A DNA stretch of 64,000 bases from Nitrospirota bacterium (GTDB taxonomy: Bacteria; Nitrospirota; Thermodesulfovibrionia; Thermodesulfovibrionales; Dissulfurispiraceae): contig JBFMCP010000005.1 of the NCBI GenBank assembly GCA_040754455.1, forward strand, positions 32,001-96,000, given 5' to 3'. Position 1 is the stretch's first letter. Each line of letters begins with the position of its first letter. A model generated the notes under the pieces. That model saw nothing but the letters and a program-made list of their open reading frames with translations, had not been told where the DNA came from and did no database searches. The translations under genes were made by a program, and so were the position numbers. This document shows, in pieces, positions 1 through 10,147 of this stretch.

Positions 1-1
1 A

Positions 2-70
2 GATACGTTCGGTATCACCGCTATAGGAGTAAAGAATGTCGAGGAAGTCATTGAACATCTCAAAAACTAG
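2..70 (+). CDS. C-terminal end of an upstream gene (partial), possibly DNA repair protein RadA/Sms
   Basis: Frame from base 2 reads DTFGITAIGVKNVEEVIEHLKN-stop, which resembles RadA C-termini; only 22 codons are visible. Confidence 0.35.
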   Translation, partial: DTFGITAIGVKNVEEVIEHLKN

Positions 71-809
71 AAGTCAGAATTCAGAATCCAGAATTCAGAA
101 TAAAAGACAAAAAACTACGAATCTGTTATTCTGGCTCTTGGCTTCTATATTCTGTATTCTGTTGTTATCCTCCTGTGCTCCGAAGATTGTCGAGAGACCC
201 GCGCCTGCACGGATAACGCTCAATGACCTGCTTGCCCGGCTCAACACGATACAATCGGTCGAAGCGGTACTGGCAATCGATTATGAAAAAGGTGATTCAG
301 TCATGAGCGGCGACGGGTTCTTAAACGTTTCTGATGACAGTCTCAATCTGAGAATCTACTATCTCGGGTTTCTTGCCGGCGAGGTTAATGAAGAACATGG
401 CGTTGTAAAGAGCAAACCAAAGCTCGACAAGAATAAGAGCGCAATCCTCATCGACGGCCTGAAGAACAGTTTCCTCTGGTGGAACATCAAAGATTATACC
501 GTACAAGAACGGGATGACACCTATGTCCTGAAAAACTACAGCAGAACAATCGTGCTCAGCAAAGAGACCTTATTGCCGGTGCAGCAGACAATCGAGCTCG
601 ACAACGGCAACCAGCTGAACATCCACTATGAGGAACCCGTCAAGAATATCCCAAAGTCAGAAATAAAAGCTCCCCAGCCGCAGCAGGATACCCTCGTGCC
701 CTGGTACCAGTCACGGCTCACCATACAGCTCAAAAAGCATCTGGTAAAAGTTAAGGTGAAGTCTTATACAATCGCAAAAGCAAAGGATCCGGAAGTCAGG
801 AGTCAGTAA
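36..809 (+). CDS. Putative lipoprotein (possibly LolB/DUF4292-like)
   Basis: 257-aa ORF with hydrophobic stretch and lipobox LLSS-C; beta-rich mature region; family not certain. Confidence 0.6.
   Translation: MSRKSLNISKTRSQNSESRIQNKRQKTTNLLFWLLASIFCILLLSSCAPKIVERPAPARITLNDLLARLNTIQSVEAVLAIDYEKGDSVMSGDGFLNVSDDSLNLRIYYLGFLAGEVNEEHGVVKSKPKLDKNKSAILIDGLKNSFLWWNIKDYTVQERDDTYVLKNYSRTIVLSKETLLPVQQTIELDNGNQLNIHYEEPVKNIPKSEIKAPQPQQDTLVPWYQSRLTIQLKKHLVKVKVKSYTIAKAKDPEVRSQ
68..162. repeat. Hairpin cassette of degenerate heptamer repeats (CAGAATT/CAGAATC ... TTCTGNN)
   Basis: agtcagaattcagaatccagaattcagaataa followed by the complementary arm ttattctggctcttggcttctatattctgtattctg. Confidence 0.75.
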
Positions 810-874
810 TCAGAATAAAAACACTCATCAATAAATTTTTATTCTGGATTCTGAATTCTGGCTCCTGGCTCCTG
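788..874. repeat. Heptamer hairpin cassette between convergent genes (probable bidirectional terminator)
   Basis: gaagtcaggagtcagtaatcagaataaaaa ... tttttattctggattctgaattctggctcctggctcctg. Confidence 0.75.
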
Positions 875-2089
875 TTTTTCAATGTTCGGTCCTCCCGCCT
901 TTATACCCCGAATAAGGGTGAGCCCGGCAATGAAGAAAAGAGCCACTGAGAGCACCGCGGGCCGCTGGCTTCCAAAGGTCGAGGAGAAGTAGCCGAAAAC
1001 GAGTGGCCCGATGATAGCGGATGATTTGCCGACAAGCGTATAGACGCCGAAATATTCCGACTCCTGGCCCTCCGGAATGAACTGTGCAAAAAACGCCCTC
1101 GATGCCGCCTGAACAGTTCCGAGTCCGAGGCCGGCAACGCAGGCAACAAGAAAAAAGCCCGCTTTAGAGGACGTGAAATACGCTGTAACGGAGACAACAG
1201 TCCAGAGTGCCAGTGAGAGCATGACCACCCTCCTGGGGCCCCGGTAATCAATGGGGCGGGCCATAATAAACGCCCCTGCAAGGGCGGTGGCCTGCACGAT
1301 GAGATAGAGGAGAATCAACTCCTGCGGAGTAAATCCAAGCGTCACCGCAGCAAAGATGCTCGAAAAAACAATCACGGTATTCACGCCGTCCTCATAGATC
1401 AGGTACGCAATCAGAAATCGACGCATCTCTTTCTGTTTCCCTATTCCCCTCAGCCGCTCTATCGTCTGTTTGAAACCACTGACGGCCGCATCGGCGAAGG
1501 GTATCGCTCCTCTGCTGTCGCGAGGGAGAAAGAGAAAGGCAGGAAGGGAAAATATCCCGAAGAAAAGGGCCACCATCGGCCAGGTCATGTTCAGCATATT
1601 GTTATTGATAAGGATGAGAGCGAACAGAAGCGAAAGGATTGATCCCGCATAGCCTATTGCAAAACCCCATGCGGAAACTCTCCCCTGATAGGAGGGCTCG
1701 GCAATCTCGGGGAGGTAGGAATTGTAGAAGACGATGCCACCCTCCAGACCGATGTTGGCGAGAATAATAAGAACAAAGCCCTCACATGCCATACCTTCTT
1801 GCAAGAGCGAAAGTGAAGCCACAGCACCGATGCAGAGGAGCGTATAGAAGGCGAGGAGCCTCTTTCTCACCCGTGCGTAATCCGCTATTCCTCCGAGAAA
1901 CGGCGAGGTGACGGCAACAAACCCCATGCTTACGGCAATCGCCCTCCCCCACCAGAGATCACCCAGTCCGTGTACATTGCCGACAATGTGATTGACATAA
2001 TAAACGGGAAAAATGACCGCCGAGATGACCGCTGAATAGCTCGAGTTGGCAAAATCGAAGAGGCACCAGGAGAGGACTTTTTTATTCAT
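839..2089 (-). CDS. MFS transporter, UMF1/Atg22-like family
   Basis: SWCLFDFANSSY, GGIADY, GRVSAWGFAIGYAG and GKSSAIIGP motifs; ~12 TM segments; start placed at MNKKVLSW. Confidence 0.85.
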   Translation of the reverse strand: MNKKVLSWCLFDFANSSYSAVISAVIFPVYYVNHIVGNVHGLGDLWWGRAIAVSMGFVAVTSPFLGGIADYARVRKRLLAFYTLLCIGAVASLSLLQEGMACEGFVLIILANIGLEGGIVFYNSYLPEIAEPSYQGRVSAWGFAIGYAGSILSLLFALILINNNMLNMTWPMVALFFGIFSLPAFLFLPRDSRGAIPFADAAVSGFKQTIERLRGIGKQKEMRRFLIAYLIYEDGVNTVIVFSSIFAAVTLGFTPQELILLYLIVQATALAGAFIMARPIDYRGPRRVVMLSLALWTVVSVTAYFTSSKAGFFLVACVAGLGLGTVQAASRAFFAQFIPEGQESEYFGVYTLVGKSSAIIGPLVFGYFSSTFGSQRPAVLSVALFFIAGLTLIRGIKAGGPNIEKQEPGARIQNPE

Positions 2090-2149
2090 TACCGCTCGCT
2101 CTACTGAGTCCCTATTTGCCATCATAGCGAACATGGGACAATTAAGGTT

Positions 2150-2232
2150 GAGAAAAGCAACGATCAAAAAGCAAAAATAAAAAAACAAGGAATCCTTATA
2201 TTTTCATCTTGCTCTTTAGTTTTTGATTTTTC
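2150..2232. repeat. A/T-rich heptamer hairpin cassette
   Basis: caaaaagcaaaaataaaaaaacaagg ... ttttcatcttgctctttagtttttgattttt. Confidence 0.6.
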
Positions 2233-2971
2233 TCTCGGTCTGTTCTTTTTCTTTGACCTCGGCTTTGACGTAACGCAATTGCTCGAGCGCGCCTTTTGCC
2301 GCGGCCATCTGGGCCTCTTTCTTGCTTTTGCCGATACCGCTTCCGTACAGGGTATCTTTGATATACACCTCGGCGGTAAAGACCTTCTTGTGCTCCTCAC
2401 CTTCCTGCTTTACGATCTTGTAATCAGGCAACATACCGAACATGCTCTGGCATCGCTCCTGCAGCTCACTCTTGTAATCGTAGCCCTCCTGTTTCAACAT
2501 TACCGCGGGAATCCTCTCCCTGAAGAGGCCGAGTACCACTGCCTTTGCCGTCGGATAATCACTGTCGAGGAAGATCGCGCCGACGAGGGCTTCAAAGGCA
2601 TCGGAGAGGACCGATTTCTTTGTGCGTCCGCCTGTCGACTCCTCTCCTTTGCCGAGTCTAAGATAGGTGCCGAGCGAGAGCTTGGAGGCCATCTCAAAGA
2701 GCACCGACTCTTTCACCAGATAGGACTTCATCTTGGACATGTCCGCCTCGGTAAGCCCCCCCTGCTCGAGATAGAGGGCTTCGGCGATGATGAGCCCCAG
2801 CACGGAGTCGCCGAGGAATTCCAAACGCTCATTGTGTGCCGGGTTCTTACTGGCATTCTCGTGATGGAACGATTTGTGGGTAAGGGCGTTCAGTAAGAGC
2901 TTCTTGTTCTTGAAGACATAGCCTAAAGAGGCTTCAATTTCCTTTGTATATTCCGAAGATGAGGGAGGCAT
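2216..2971 (-). CDS. rnc: Ribonuclease III
   Basis: [12 protein letters not shown] signature, [15 protein letters not shown]-terminal dsRBD (YKSELQE...[12 protein letters not shown]); follows fabF; start approximate. Confidence 0.95.
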   Translation of the reverse strand: MPPSSSEYTKEIEASLGYVFKNKKLLLNALTHKSFHHENASKNPAHNERLEFLGDSVLGLIIAEALYLEQGGLTEADMSKMKSYLVKESVLFEMASKLSLGTYLRLGKGEESTGGRTKKSVLSDAFEALVGAIFLDSDYPTAKAVVLGLFRERIPAVMLKQEGYDYKSELQERCQSMFGMLPDYKIVKQEGEEHKKVFTAEVYIKDTLYGSGIGKSKKEAQMAAAKGALEQLRYVKAEVKEKEQTERKIKN

Positions 2972-4184
2972 TCGTTCCACCAAAACCAAAGGAGTTTGAA
3001 AGTGCATAGGAAACTTCCCGGTGTCTCGCTACCTTGGGGACATAGTCGAGATCGCACTCCGGATCAGGGGTGTCAAGATTGATCGTCGGCAGCACCATAC
3101 TATGGTGAATGCTCAGAATCGAAAAGATCGACTCTACGCCGCCGGCAGCGCCCAGGAGATGGCCGGTCATGGATTTGGTAGAACTGACGCATAATTTATA
3201 GGCATGTTCACCGAATACCGTTTTTATCGCCGCGGTCTCAAGCTCATCTCCGTATTTTGTCGAGGTGCCATGGGCGTTGATATAGTCGATCTGCTCAGGG
3301 CTAAGTCCGGCATCCTTCAAGGCTGCTCTCATGCAGCGCACCGCCCCCTCGCCGCCGGGCGCCGGCGATGATATGTGGTATGCATCACCGGACATACCAT
3401 ATCCCAATATCTCTGCATAGATTTTTGCCCCGCGCGCCCTGGCGCTCTCGAGGCTCTCAAGGATGATAATCCCTGCGCCCTCTCCCACGACAAAACCGTC
3501 CCTGTCCGCATCGAATGGACGGCTCGCCCTCTCCGGCTCGCCGTTGCGCGTCGACAGCGCCTTCATCACGGCAAAACCACCGACACAAAGGGCAGTGATT
3601 GCCGACTCGGTGCCCCCCGCGATCATGGCATCGGCATCGCCCCTCTGGATGATCTTGAAGGCGTCGCCGATGGAGTGGCTCCCGGTCGCACAGGCGGTCA
3701 CCACCGCAGAGTTGGGGCCTTTTGCTCCGAACTTGATCGATACATTGCCGGACGCAAGATTGATGATGAGCATAGGAATGAAAAAGGGAGATATTCTCTT
3801 ATATCCCCTTTCCAGATAGGCCTTATGGTAGTGCTCGATCGCCGGCAGTCCGCCCATTCCTGCGCCGATGATCACTCCGACGCGCTCGGCATTCTCATCG
3901 GTAATCTTCAGGCCCGAATCCTCGATCGCCATCGTCGAAGCCGCCATGGCCAGATGGATAAAACGGTCCATCTTCTTGATCTCTTTGGCCTCGATATAGG
4001 GAGCTGGGTCGAACCCTTTCACCTCGCCGGCGATGCGCACAGGGAGCGGAGACGCATCAAATTGCGTAATCGGGCCAATCCCGGAGCGGCCTTCGGTCGC
4101 AGCCTTCCATGATGCCTCCACCCCAATGCCGAGCGGTGTAATAAGCCCCAACCCGGTAACGACGACTCTTCTTTTTACGCTCAT
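2934..4184 (-). CDS. fabF: 3-oxoacyl-ACP synthase II
   Basis: [26 protein letters not shown] and [10 protein letters not shown] motifs. Confidence 0.97.
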   Translation of the reverse strand: MSVKRRVVVTGLGLITPLGIGVEASWKAATEGRSGIGPITQFDASPLPVRIAGEVKGFDPAPYIEAKEIKKMDRFIHLAMAASTMAIEDSGLKITDENAERVGVIIGAGMGGLPAIEHYHKAYLERGYKRISPFFIPMLIINLASGNVSIKFGAKGPNSAVVTACATGSHSIGDAFKIIQRGDADAMIAGGTESAITALCVGGFAVMKALSTRNGEPERASRPFDADRDGFVVGEGAGIIILESLESARARGAKIYAEILGYGMSGDAYHISSPAPGGEGAVRCMRAALKDAGLSPEQIDYINAHGTSTKYGDELETAAIKTVFGEHAYKLCVSSTKSMTGHLLGAAGGVESIFSILSIHHSMVLPTINLDTPDPECDLDYVPKVARHREVSYALSNSFGFGGTNASLIFGIYKGN

Positions 4185-4411
4185 CCTGCTTTTTTGGTTA
4201 TGTAATCGACAGCGTCTTTGACTTTTACGATCTTTTCAGCATCCTCATCCGGGATTTCGATATTGAAGGCTTCTTCGAACGCCATGACCAGCTCGACCGT
4301 GTCGAGCGAGTCGGCACCGAGGTCCTCCACAAAGGATGCTTCGGGGGTCACTTCTGCCTGATCCACTCCCAGCTGCTTCGATATAATTTCTTTTACTTTC
4401 GCGTCTACCAT
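4181..4411 (-). CDS. acpP: Acyl carrier protein
   Basis: [14 protein letters not shown] phosphopantetheine site; start at MVDAKVKE with GGAGG SD. Confidence 0.97.
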   Translation of the reverse strand: MVDAKVKEIISKQLGVDQAEVTPEASFVEDLGADSLDTVELVMAFEEAFNIEIPDEDAEKIVKVKDAVDYITKKAG

Positions 4412-4431
4412 TATTACCTCCGTTTTTTGTT

Positions 4432-4514
4432 GCGTTATAGCGTTTATTGCGTCGTGCGTTATAGCGTAGAGAATTTTCCGCGATAAACGCGGCACGCTAT
4501 AACGCTATAAACGG
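4432..4514. repeat. Hairpin cassette of degenerate ~8-mer repeats (GCGTTATA / TATAACGC)
   Basis: gcgttatagcgtttattgcgtcgtgcgttatagcg ... cgcgataaacgcggcacgctataacgctataaacg. Confidence 0.7.
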
Positions 4515-5249
4515 CTACATGTACATTCCACCGTTCACATGGATCACCTGTCCGGTGACATATCCTGATTCCGGGGAAGCGAAAAAGAGCACTGCATTGG
4601 CGACATCCTCGACGGTGCCGAACCGGTTCATCGGGATGGCTTTAAGCATTTCTTGGCGTACATTCTCGGAGAGGGCGTCGGTCATGGCGGTGGTGATGAA
4701 GCCCGGAGCCACGGCGTTGACCGTGATCCCCCTGCCCGCATATTCCTTGGCAGTGGTCTTGGTGAGACCCACGATCCCTGCCTTTGAGGCGCTGTAATTG
4801 GCCTGGCCCGGATTGCCCATAAAAGCGACGACGGAAGCGATGTTGATGATCCTGCCGTAGCGCTGCTTCGACATAATCCTCACCGCCTCCTTTGAGCAGA
4901 GGAACGTGCCTTTCAAATTGATATTGATCACCGCGTCCCAGTCTTCCTCTTTCATCCTGAGGAGCAGGCCGTCTCTCGTAATGCCAGCATTATTCACTAC
5001 AATCTCCACCTTGCCGAACTCTGTCGTCGCCTGTTCGAAGATGGAGGCGACATCAGACGAATTCGAAACATCGGCTTTGAGCGCAATACTCCTGACGCCC
5101 ATTTTCTCAAGGTCTGCCGATGCCTCCCTGGCAATATCAGGGTTCACATCGACCACCGCGATGTTCACCCCGCGTTTGGCAAGAGATTCGCAGATCGCCT
5201 TTCCGATGCCGCGACCACCGCCGGTGACAAGTGCTGTATGTCCGTTCAC
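4515..5249 (-). CDS. fabG: 3-oxoacyl-ACP reductase
   Basis: TGGGRGIG, NNAGITRD and YSASKAG SDR motifs; fab operon context. Confidence 0.96.
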   Translation of the reverse strand: MNGHTALVTGGGRGIGKAICESLAKRGVNIAVVDVNPDIAREASADLEKMGVRSIALKADVSNSSDVASIFEQATTEFGKVEIVVNNAGITRDGLLLRMKEEDWDAVININLKGTFLCSKEAVRIMSKQRYGRIINIASVVAFMGNPGQANYSASKAGIVGLTKTTAKEYAGRGITVNAVAPGFITTAMTDALSENVRQEMLKAIPMNRFGTVEDVANAVLFFASPESGYVTGQVIHVNGGMYM

Positions 5250-5369
5250 GTGGTGTCTACCCCCAACAAAAATTCGGCTATCATTCTAACAGAGAGCCGG
5301 TGCCATTTTCCAGACCACTTGAATCGTACACAATACCATAAAGTACTGAAAAAGTACAAATGAAAGGCG

Positions 5370-5867
5370 CTACCGGTAGTTGGAAAACTGGAGGTGAATG
5401 CCGAAGTCCTTGTTTTTAAGCTGCGCCATGACCGCCTGCAGATCGTCGATCTTCTTTGCCTTCACCCGCACCTGGTCCTTCTGGATCTCGGGGCTTACCT
5501 TGAGCTTCATATCTTTAATGAGCTTCACGATCTCCTTTGCCTTGTCCTGGGGAATTCCCTGCTGCAGCGTGATGGTCTGGCGGACTGTGTTGGCCGCTGC
5601 GGGCTCCAGTTTGCCGTAGTTCAATGCCTTGAGAGAGATACCGCGCTTAACCATTTTTGATTGAAGGATATCGATGACGCTCTTCATCTTCTGCTCGTCA
5701 TCGGACGTAAGCGTTAGGGTCCCCTTACCTTTGTCGAGCTCTATAGTGCTCTTGCTCCCCTTGAAGTCAAACCTCTGGCCGATCTCCCGCATCGCCTGAT
5801 CAACGGCATTAGTGACTTCCTGCATACTTACTTCGCATACAATATCAAAAGAATGCTCATCTGCCAT
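5370..5867 (-). CDS. yajQ: YajQ family nucleotide/c-di-GMP-binding protein
   Basis: SFDIV...QEVTNAVDQA..EI.QRFDFKG, DDLQAV and QFSNYR patterns. Confidence 0.93.
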   Translation of the reverse strand: MADEHSFDIVCEVSMQEVTNAVDQAMREIGQRFDFKGSKSTIELDKGKGTLTLTSDDEQKMKSVIDILQSKMVKRGISLKALNYGKLEPAAANTVRQTITLQQGIPQDKAKEIVKLIKDMKLKVSPEIQKDQVRVKAKKIDDLQAVMAQLKNKDFGIHLQFSNYR

Positions 5868-5957
5868 GGTTTCCTCCTCTTATAGCGCTGCGCGCCGAGC
5901 GTTGTGCGTCAAGCACAGCAGACATTCTGTCTCTTGACACCCAACGTCTAACGGTCG

Positions 5958-6404
5958 TTATTGTTCCAACTTCTGCGCCTTGATCGACAAATAATAGGCG
6001 ATCATCAGGGTGATGATTATTGCAGCACTCAGCCCCAGCTCGTAGAGCTTTTCAACAGGCACGTGCTCCATGAAGGAAGTCTGCGCCTCGATCAGAAGTA
6101 TTCTCCTCACTGCAGCGATGATGCCGATCGCCAGAAAAGGGCCCAGGACGAATTTCTGCTTCTTGAGAAACCGTATGACGGTCCACAAGAGTTCAAGAAT
6201 GATCAAGGCCAGGAGCACATCATTTACCAGGTGAATAATCGCATTCCGCGAGGGACTGATGATATTGAGCGCTGCAAAGTACATGATGAAGCTGCAGGCG
6301 CCAAGCAGCAGCAGCGCCGCAATAATGTGAAAAATCATATCAACCTTTACGAGCCACCGGCGGAAATGTTCCGTCAGATCAATGCTACTCTTGGTTTCGT
6401 CCAT
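5958..6404 (-). CDS. PsiE-like (phosphate-starvation-inducible) membrane protein
   Basis: 4 TM segments; LLALIILELLWTV and PFLAIGIIAAVRRIL motifs. Confidence 0.8.
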   Translation of the reverse strand: MDETKSSIDLTEHFRRWLVKVDMIFHIIAALLLLGACSFIMYFAALNIISPSRNAIIHLVNDVLLALIILELLWTVIRFLKKQKFVLGPFLAIGIIAAVRRILLIEAQTSFMEHVPVEKLYELGLSAAIIITLMIAYYLSIKAQKLEQ

Positions 6405-6751
6405 GGTTCTCTTCCGTTGTCTCTTTTACATTCTTTAATGCTTCAGCAGTTGCCTTGATCATTTCGGCAGGATCGGGTTTACATACGGGGCAGTAGGGTT
6501 CCCCCAAATCCAGGGGGCAGACATGCCCTCACTCGGGGCAGCAGGTACATTGGCTCACCGGCCGTTCACACACAGGGCACCACTCCATAACGTTACCATT
6601 ATAACATACCGGAATTGCATCATTAATAAGCTGCCGGCCCGATACGTCCTCCCGGCAAACGCCATCGACAGGAAAATTTGCTGCCGTTTAGCTTAAAATG
6701 AATGTCATGCACGTTCGCAACCCCGGTAATCTGAGAGGGAGAGAAGCGCCA

Positions 6752-8320
6752 ATGGGTCCCGAGTATATCGATTTCCAGTCGTTGACTGGTCTTCTGAACT
6801 CCCTTTCCGCCCTTACCGACCTCGCTTTCACCCTCTATCGCCACAACGGTGAACTGCTGCTCACTGCGCGCACCGAGGACCGGCTGATGACACAGCTTAT
6901 CTCGTATATGGCGGGCAAGGATGAGTATAAGATGTTTATTCGCAGCGGCATACACATGGCAGCCGAGAGGAACGACATCCTGGTGCTCAAAGGGCCCGCC
7001 CACCAGCACCATCTGTTTATCCCTCTCTCCCTCTCCTCGGTGCTGCTCGTCCTCGTAAGCAATCCCTTCTATCTTCATCAGAGCGAATTCGAGCGGTTCA
7101 TTCTCGAAAGGGGCCGCCGACTCAGCATCTCCCTCAAGGATGTCGGGCCGTGGCATACAATGATCCCTCTCAAAGAGCACGCGGCAGTCCGGAAAACAGC
7201 AGAACAGGTAAGATTCATTTTCGAGACGGTATTGAAGAACTCCCATGAGAGCGCGATCCAACTGCTCTCACTACAGCATACCTACTGTGAATGTCTCGCC
7301 GATCTCGAGAGACTCTCCGCCGCTCCTGAGCAGATAACGCCCAGCCTCTCTCATCCGGATGCGCTCCATGAGAGAATTATCAGCACCGCCGCCGAGCTTA
7401 CCAAAGCGGAAAGGGTATCCCTGATGCTTCCCGAAAACGACGGTTTGCTGATTAAGGCGGTAAAGGGAGAGGACACGTCGCTTACACAGGGCATGAAAAT
7501 CAAAATGGGGGAGGGAGTTGCCGGAAGGGTATTCAAGGAAGGAAAGCCCCTGATTGTCACCAACACGGAGATGCTCCGCCGGCTCGCCATTAAACCGAAA
7601 AAGCACTACAAGACCGATTCATTCATCAGTGTACCCCTCACCTTCGAGGGCGAAAGGATCGGCGTGCTCAACGTCGCCGACAAGTCCACCGGCGAAGGAT
7701 TTACCCCTATCGACGCACACCTGCTCAACTATTTTGCCTCCTATGCCGCCCTCGCCCTGAAAGTAGCGAGCTGCCATATTCTGACAGAAGAGTTGCGGGC
7801 GCTTTCCATCACCGATCCGCTCACCGGCCTCTTCAACAGAAGATATCTGGAGGAGCGCTTTACCGAGGAGATACGCCGTTCCGAGCGGTACCATCTCTCC
7901 TGTTCGCTGATATTGTTTGACATCGATGATTTCAAACTCTTTAACGACACTGAGGGGCACCTTGCCGGCGACGAAGTCCTCAAGGAGGTTGCGAAGGGGG
8001 CACAACGGAGCGCGCGCGTCCACGACGTGTTCTGCCGGTTCGGCGGTGAAGAGTTCGCGATCATCATGCCCCAGACGAGCAAGGAAGAGGCATACCTCGT
8101 TGCGGAGCGGATACGGAAAAACGTCAAATCCCTGCCGCCCATGAAAGTAAAAAAATCCCCCCGCGCCTACGTTACCATAAGCCTTGGAGTAGCCGCCTTT
8201 CCTGAAGACGGAAGGACGGTCGAGGAGCTGATCAACAACGCCGATACTGCCCTTTACCAGGCAAAGTCCCTGGGTAAAGATAAATCCTGCATGTACCGTC
8301 CCTCCACGCCTGCATTATAG
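6752..8320 (+). CDS. Diguanylate cyclase with N-terminal PocR-like and GAF domains
   Basis: TDPLTGLFNRRY, DIDDFKLFND, RxxD (RVHD) I-site and GGEEF; GAF (GEGVAGRV...SFISVPL...IGVLNVAD); start placed at MGPEY behind a purine-rich SD. Confidence 0.9.
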   Translation: MGPEYIDFQSLTGLLNSLSALTDLAFTLYRHNGELLLTARTEDRLMTQLISYMAGKDEYKMFIRSGIHMAAERNDILVLKGPAHQHHLFIPLSLSSVLLVLVSNPFYLHQSEFERFILERGRRLSISLKDVGPWHTMIPLKEHAAVRKTAEQVRFIFETVLKNSHESAIQLLSLQHTYCECLADLERLSAAPEQITPSLSHPDALHERIISTAAELTKAERVSLMLPENDGLLIKAVKGEDTSLTQGMKIKMGEGVAGRVFKEGKPLIVTNTEMLRRLAIKPKKHYKTDSFISVPLTFEGERIGVLNVADKSTGEGFTPIDAHLLNYFASYAALALKVASCHILTEELRALSITDPLTGLFNRRYLEERFTEEIRRSERYHLSCSLILFDIDDFKLFNDTEGHLAGDEVLKEVAKGAQRSARVHDVFCRFGGEEFAIIMPQTSKEEAYLVAERIRKNVKSLPPMKVKKSPRAYVTISLGVAAFPEDGRTVEELINNADTALYQAKSLGKDKSCMYRPSTPAL

Positions 8321-8395
8321 AGCGCCTCTGTCGTTCCTGTCCTTTAAGGGACGCCGGCAATTTTGTTATACTTCTACGAGAGGTATGAGGACCAG

Positions 8396-10147
8396 ATGAA
8401 GATGCCCTTCCTACATAGGTGGCCCCCTCCGCTCCCCCTGAATCTCAAGTTTATTATAGGGTGCAGCCTGACGCTGATCATCGCCCTCGGCATCTCCTTC
8501 TCCATCATCGCCCGGCGCCAGGAACAGCTGATCATGAAACAAATAGAGAATGAGGCACGCATCGTCTTCAAACAGATTGTCCTCACCAGAAGCTGGATCG
8601 CTGATCACGGCGGTATCTTCATAGAAAAGCTTCCCTGGGTGAAACCCTCTCCCTTCCTCGAAAAACCCGAAATAGTGGACATGAAAGGGAAAAGGTATGT
8701 CAAAGAAACGCCGGCCATGGTCACCAAGGAGCTCTCGAACTATGCAAAGGACCGGGGATTTTACTGGTTCCATATCACCAGCCTCACCCTTACCAACCCC
8801 AGCAATGCTCCCGACGAATTCGAAAAAGGGGCGCTGCAGCAGTTCGAAAGGAGCAGTATAGAGGAGATCATCTCTATTGAGACCATCGACCGGTCGAAAT
8901 ACCTCAGGTACATAGCCCCGCTCTATGTGGAAGAGGCCTGCCTTGGCTGCCATACGCACCAGGGATACAAGGTTGGCGATGTGAGAGGGGCAATCAGCGT
9001 TACCATCCCGATGGACAAGACCCTTGCAGAGATCGCCGCCAACAAAAAGAGAATGCTTATTGCCGCGCTCCTTACCGTTCTCGCCCTTATGTCCGCCATG
9101 TTCCTCATGATGCGGAATCTCGTTCTCACGCCGATGCGGCGGCTGAAATCAGCGATAACAGAGTTCTCCGAGGGTAGGTACAACCCGGCACGGCGGTTAA
9201 GGACAGGCGACGAATTCGAAGACCTCTGCACTGCCTTTTCCGAGATGGCACGATCACTCACCGAATACCATCATTCCCTGAACGACAAGATTCGTGCCGC
9301 AACGGAAGATCTTGAGGAGACAAACAAAAAGCTGCTCGAGGCGAACCGGCTGCTCAACGAATCGAACATCAGGAAATCCGATTTCATTGCCAGGGCATCC
9401 CATGAGCTGCGGACGCCGCTTACCTCAATCAAAGGCGCGATGGACTATATCGCTGCACGGCTCTCTGCAATTCCCCAGGAGAAGATCGCGGGCACCTCCT
9501 TCGAAGATCTCTCCGTCTTCTTCGAGGTAATCAAGAAGAACGCCGAGCGGCTCATCCGCATGGTCACCACCATGCTCGATCTCGAACGGATCGAGATGGG
9601 CGTTGCCGAATTCAACTACACTGCCGCCAATCTCTCCTCTCTCATTGTGGAAACCATGACCTCTCTCCAGGTGAACGCCGATGAAAAAAGCATTATTTTC
9701 TATGCCGACTTGCCCAATGCGCTCCCTGTGTACGCCGATGAGGACAAAATAAAACAGGTTCTGGTGAATCTCCTGTCCAATGCCATAAAATTCAGCCCAG
9801 AAGGTTCTGAAATCACTATCCATGCCTCAATCGAGCATGATTATGTGCTCACAAAGCTCTGTGACAGCGGTCCCGGCGTGCCCGAAGCGGAACAGGAAAA
9901 AATTTTTGAGAAATTCTATAAAAGGGACAGCAAAGAGGGCACCGGGCTCGGTCTCGCCATCTGCAAATCCATTATTGAGGCACATCGCGGTACTATCGGC
10001 GTTGTCAGCGATGGAAGGAAGGGGAGTTGCTTCTATTTCGAGCTGCCATGTCTCAAGGGGGGCCGGGGATGCGGCACTCAGGAGAACGACGGGGACAAAG
10101 CCCACCATCCCACGCAGAAGGGCAACATAGTATCTGCGCCATGCTGA
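8396..10147 (+). CDS. Sensor histidine kinase with periplasmic heme-c-binding DUF3365/Tll0287-like domain and HAMP
   Basis: Two TMs flanking a domain with NPSNAPDEFE and CLGCH; HAMP; H-box SHELRTPL; N, G1 and G2 boxes. Confidence 0.9.
   Translation: MKMPFLHRWPPPLPLNLKFIIGCSLTLIIALGISFSIIARRQEQLIMKQIENEARIVFKQIVLTRSWIADHGGIFIEKLPWVKPSPFLEKPEIVDMKGKRYVKETPAMVTKELSNYAKDRGFYWFHITSLTLTNPSNAPDEFEKGALQQFERSSIEEIISIETIDRSKYLRYIAPLYVEEACLGCHTHQGYKVGDVRGAISVTIPMDKTLAEIAANKKRMLIAALLTVLALMSAMFLMMRNLVLTPMRRLKSAITEFSEGRYNPARRLRTGDEFEDLCTAFSEMARSLTEYHHSLNDKIRAATEDLEETNKKLLEANRLLNESNIRKSDFIARASHELRTPLTSIKGAMDYIAARLSAIPQEKIAGTSFEDLSVFFEVIKKNAERLIRMVTTMLDLERIEMGVAEFNYTAANLSSLIVETMTSLQVNADEKSIIFYADLPNALPVYADEDKIKQVLVNLLSNAIKFSPEGSEITIHASIEHDYVLTKLCDSGPGVPEAEQEKIFEKFYKRDSKEGTGLGLAICKSIIEAHRGTIGVVSDGRKGSCFYFELPCLKGGRGCGTQENDGDKAHHPTQKGNIVSAPC

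Noticed and set aside
6405..6750. GC-rich hairpins upstream of the diguanylate cyclase, considered as a c-di-GMP riboswitch
   Set aside because: The conserved GEMM-I sequence elements could not be matched by eye; an Rfam cmscan would settle it.
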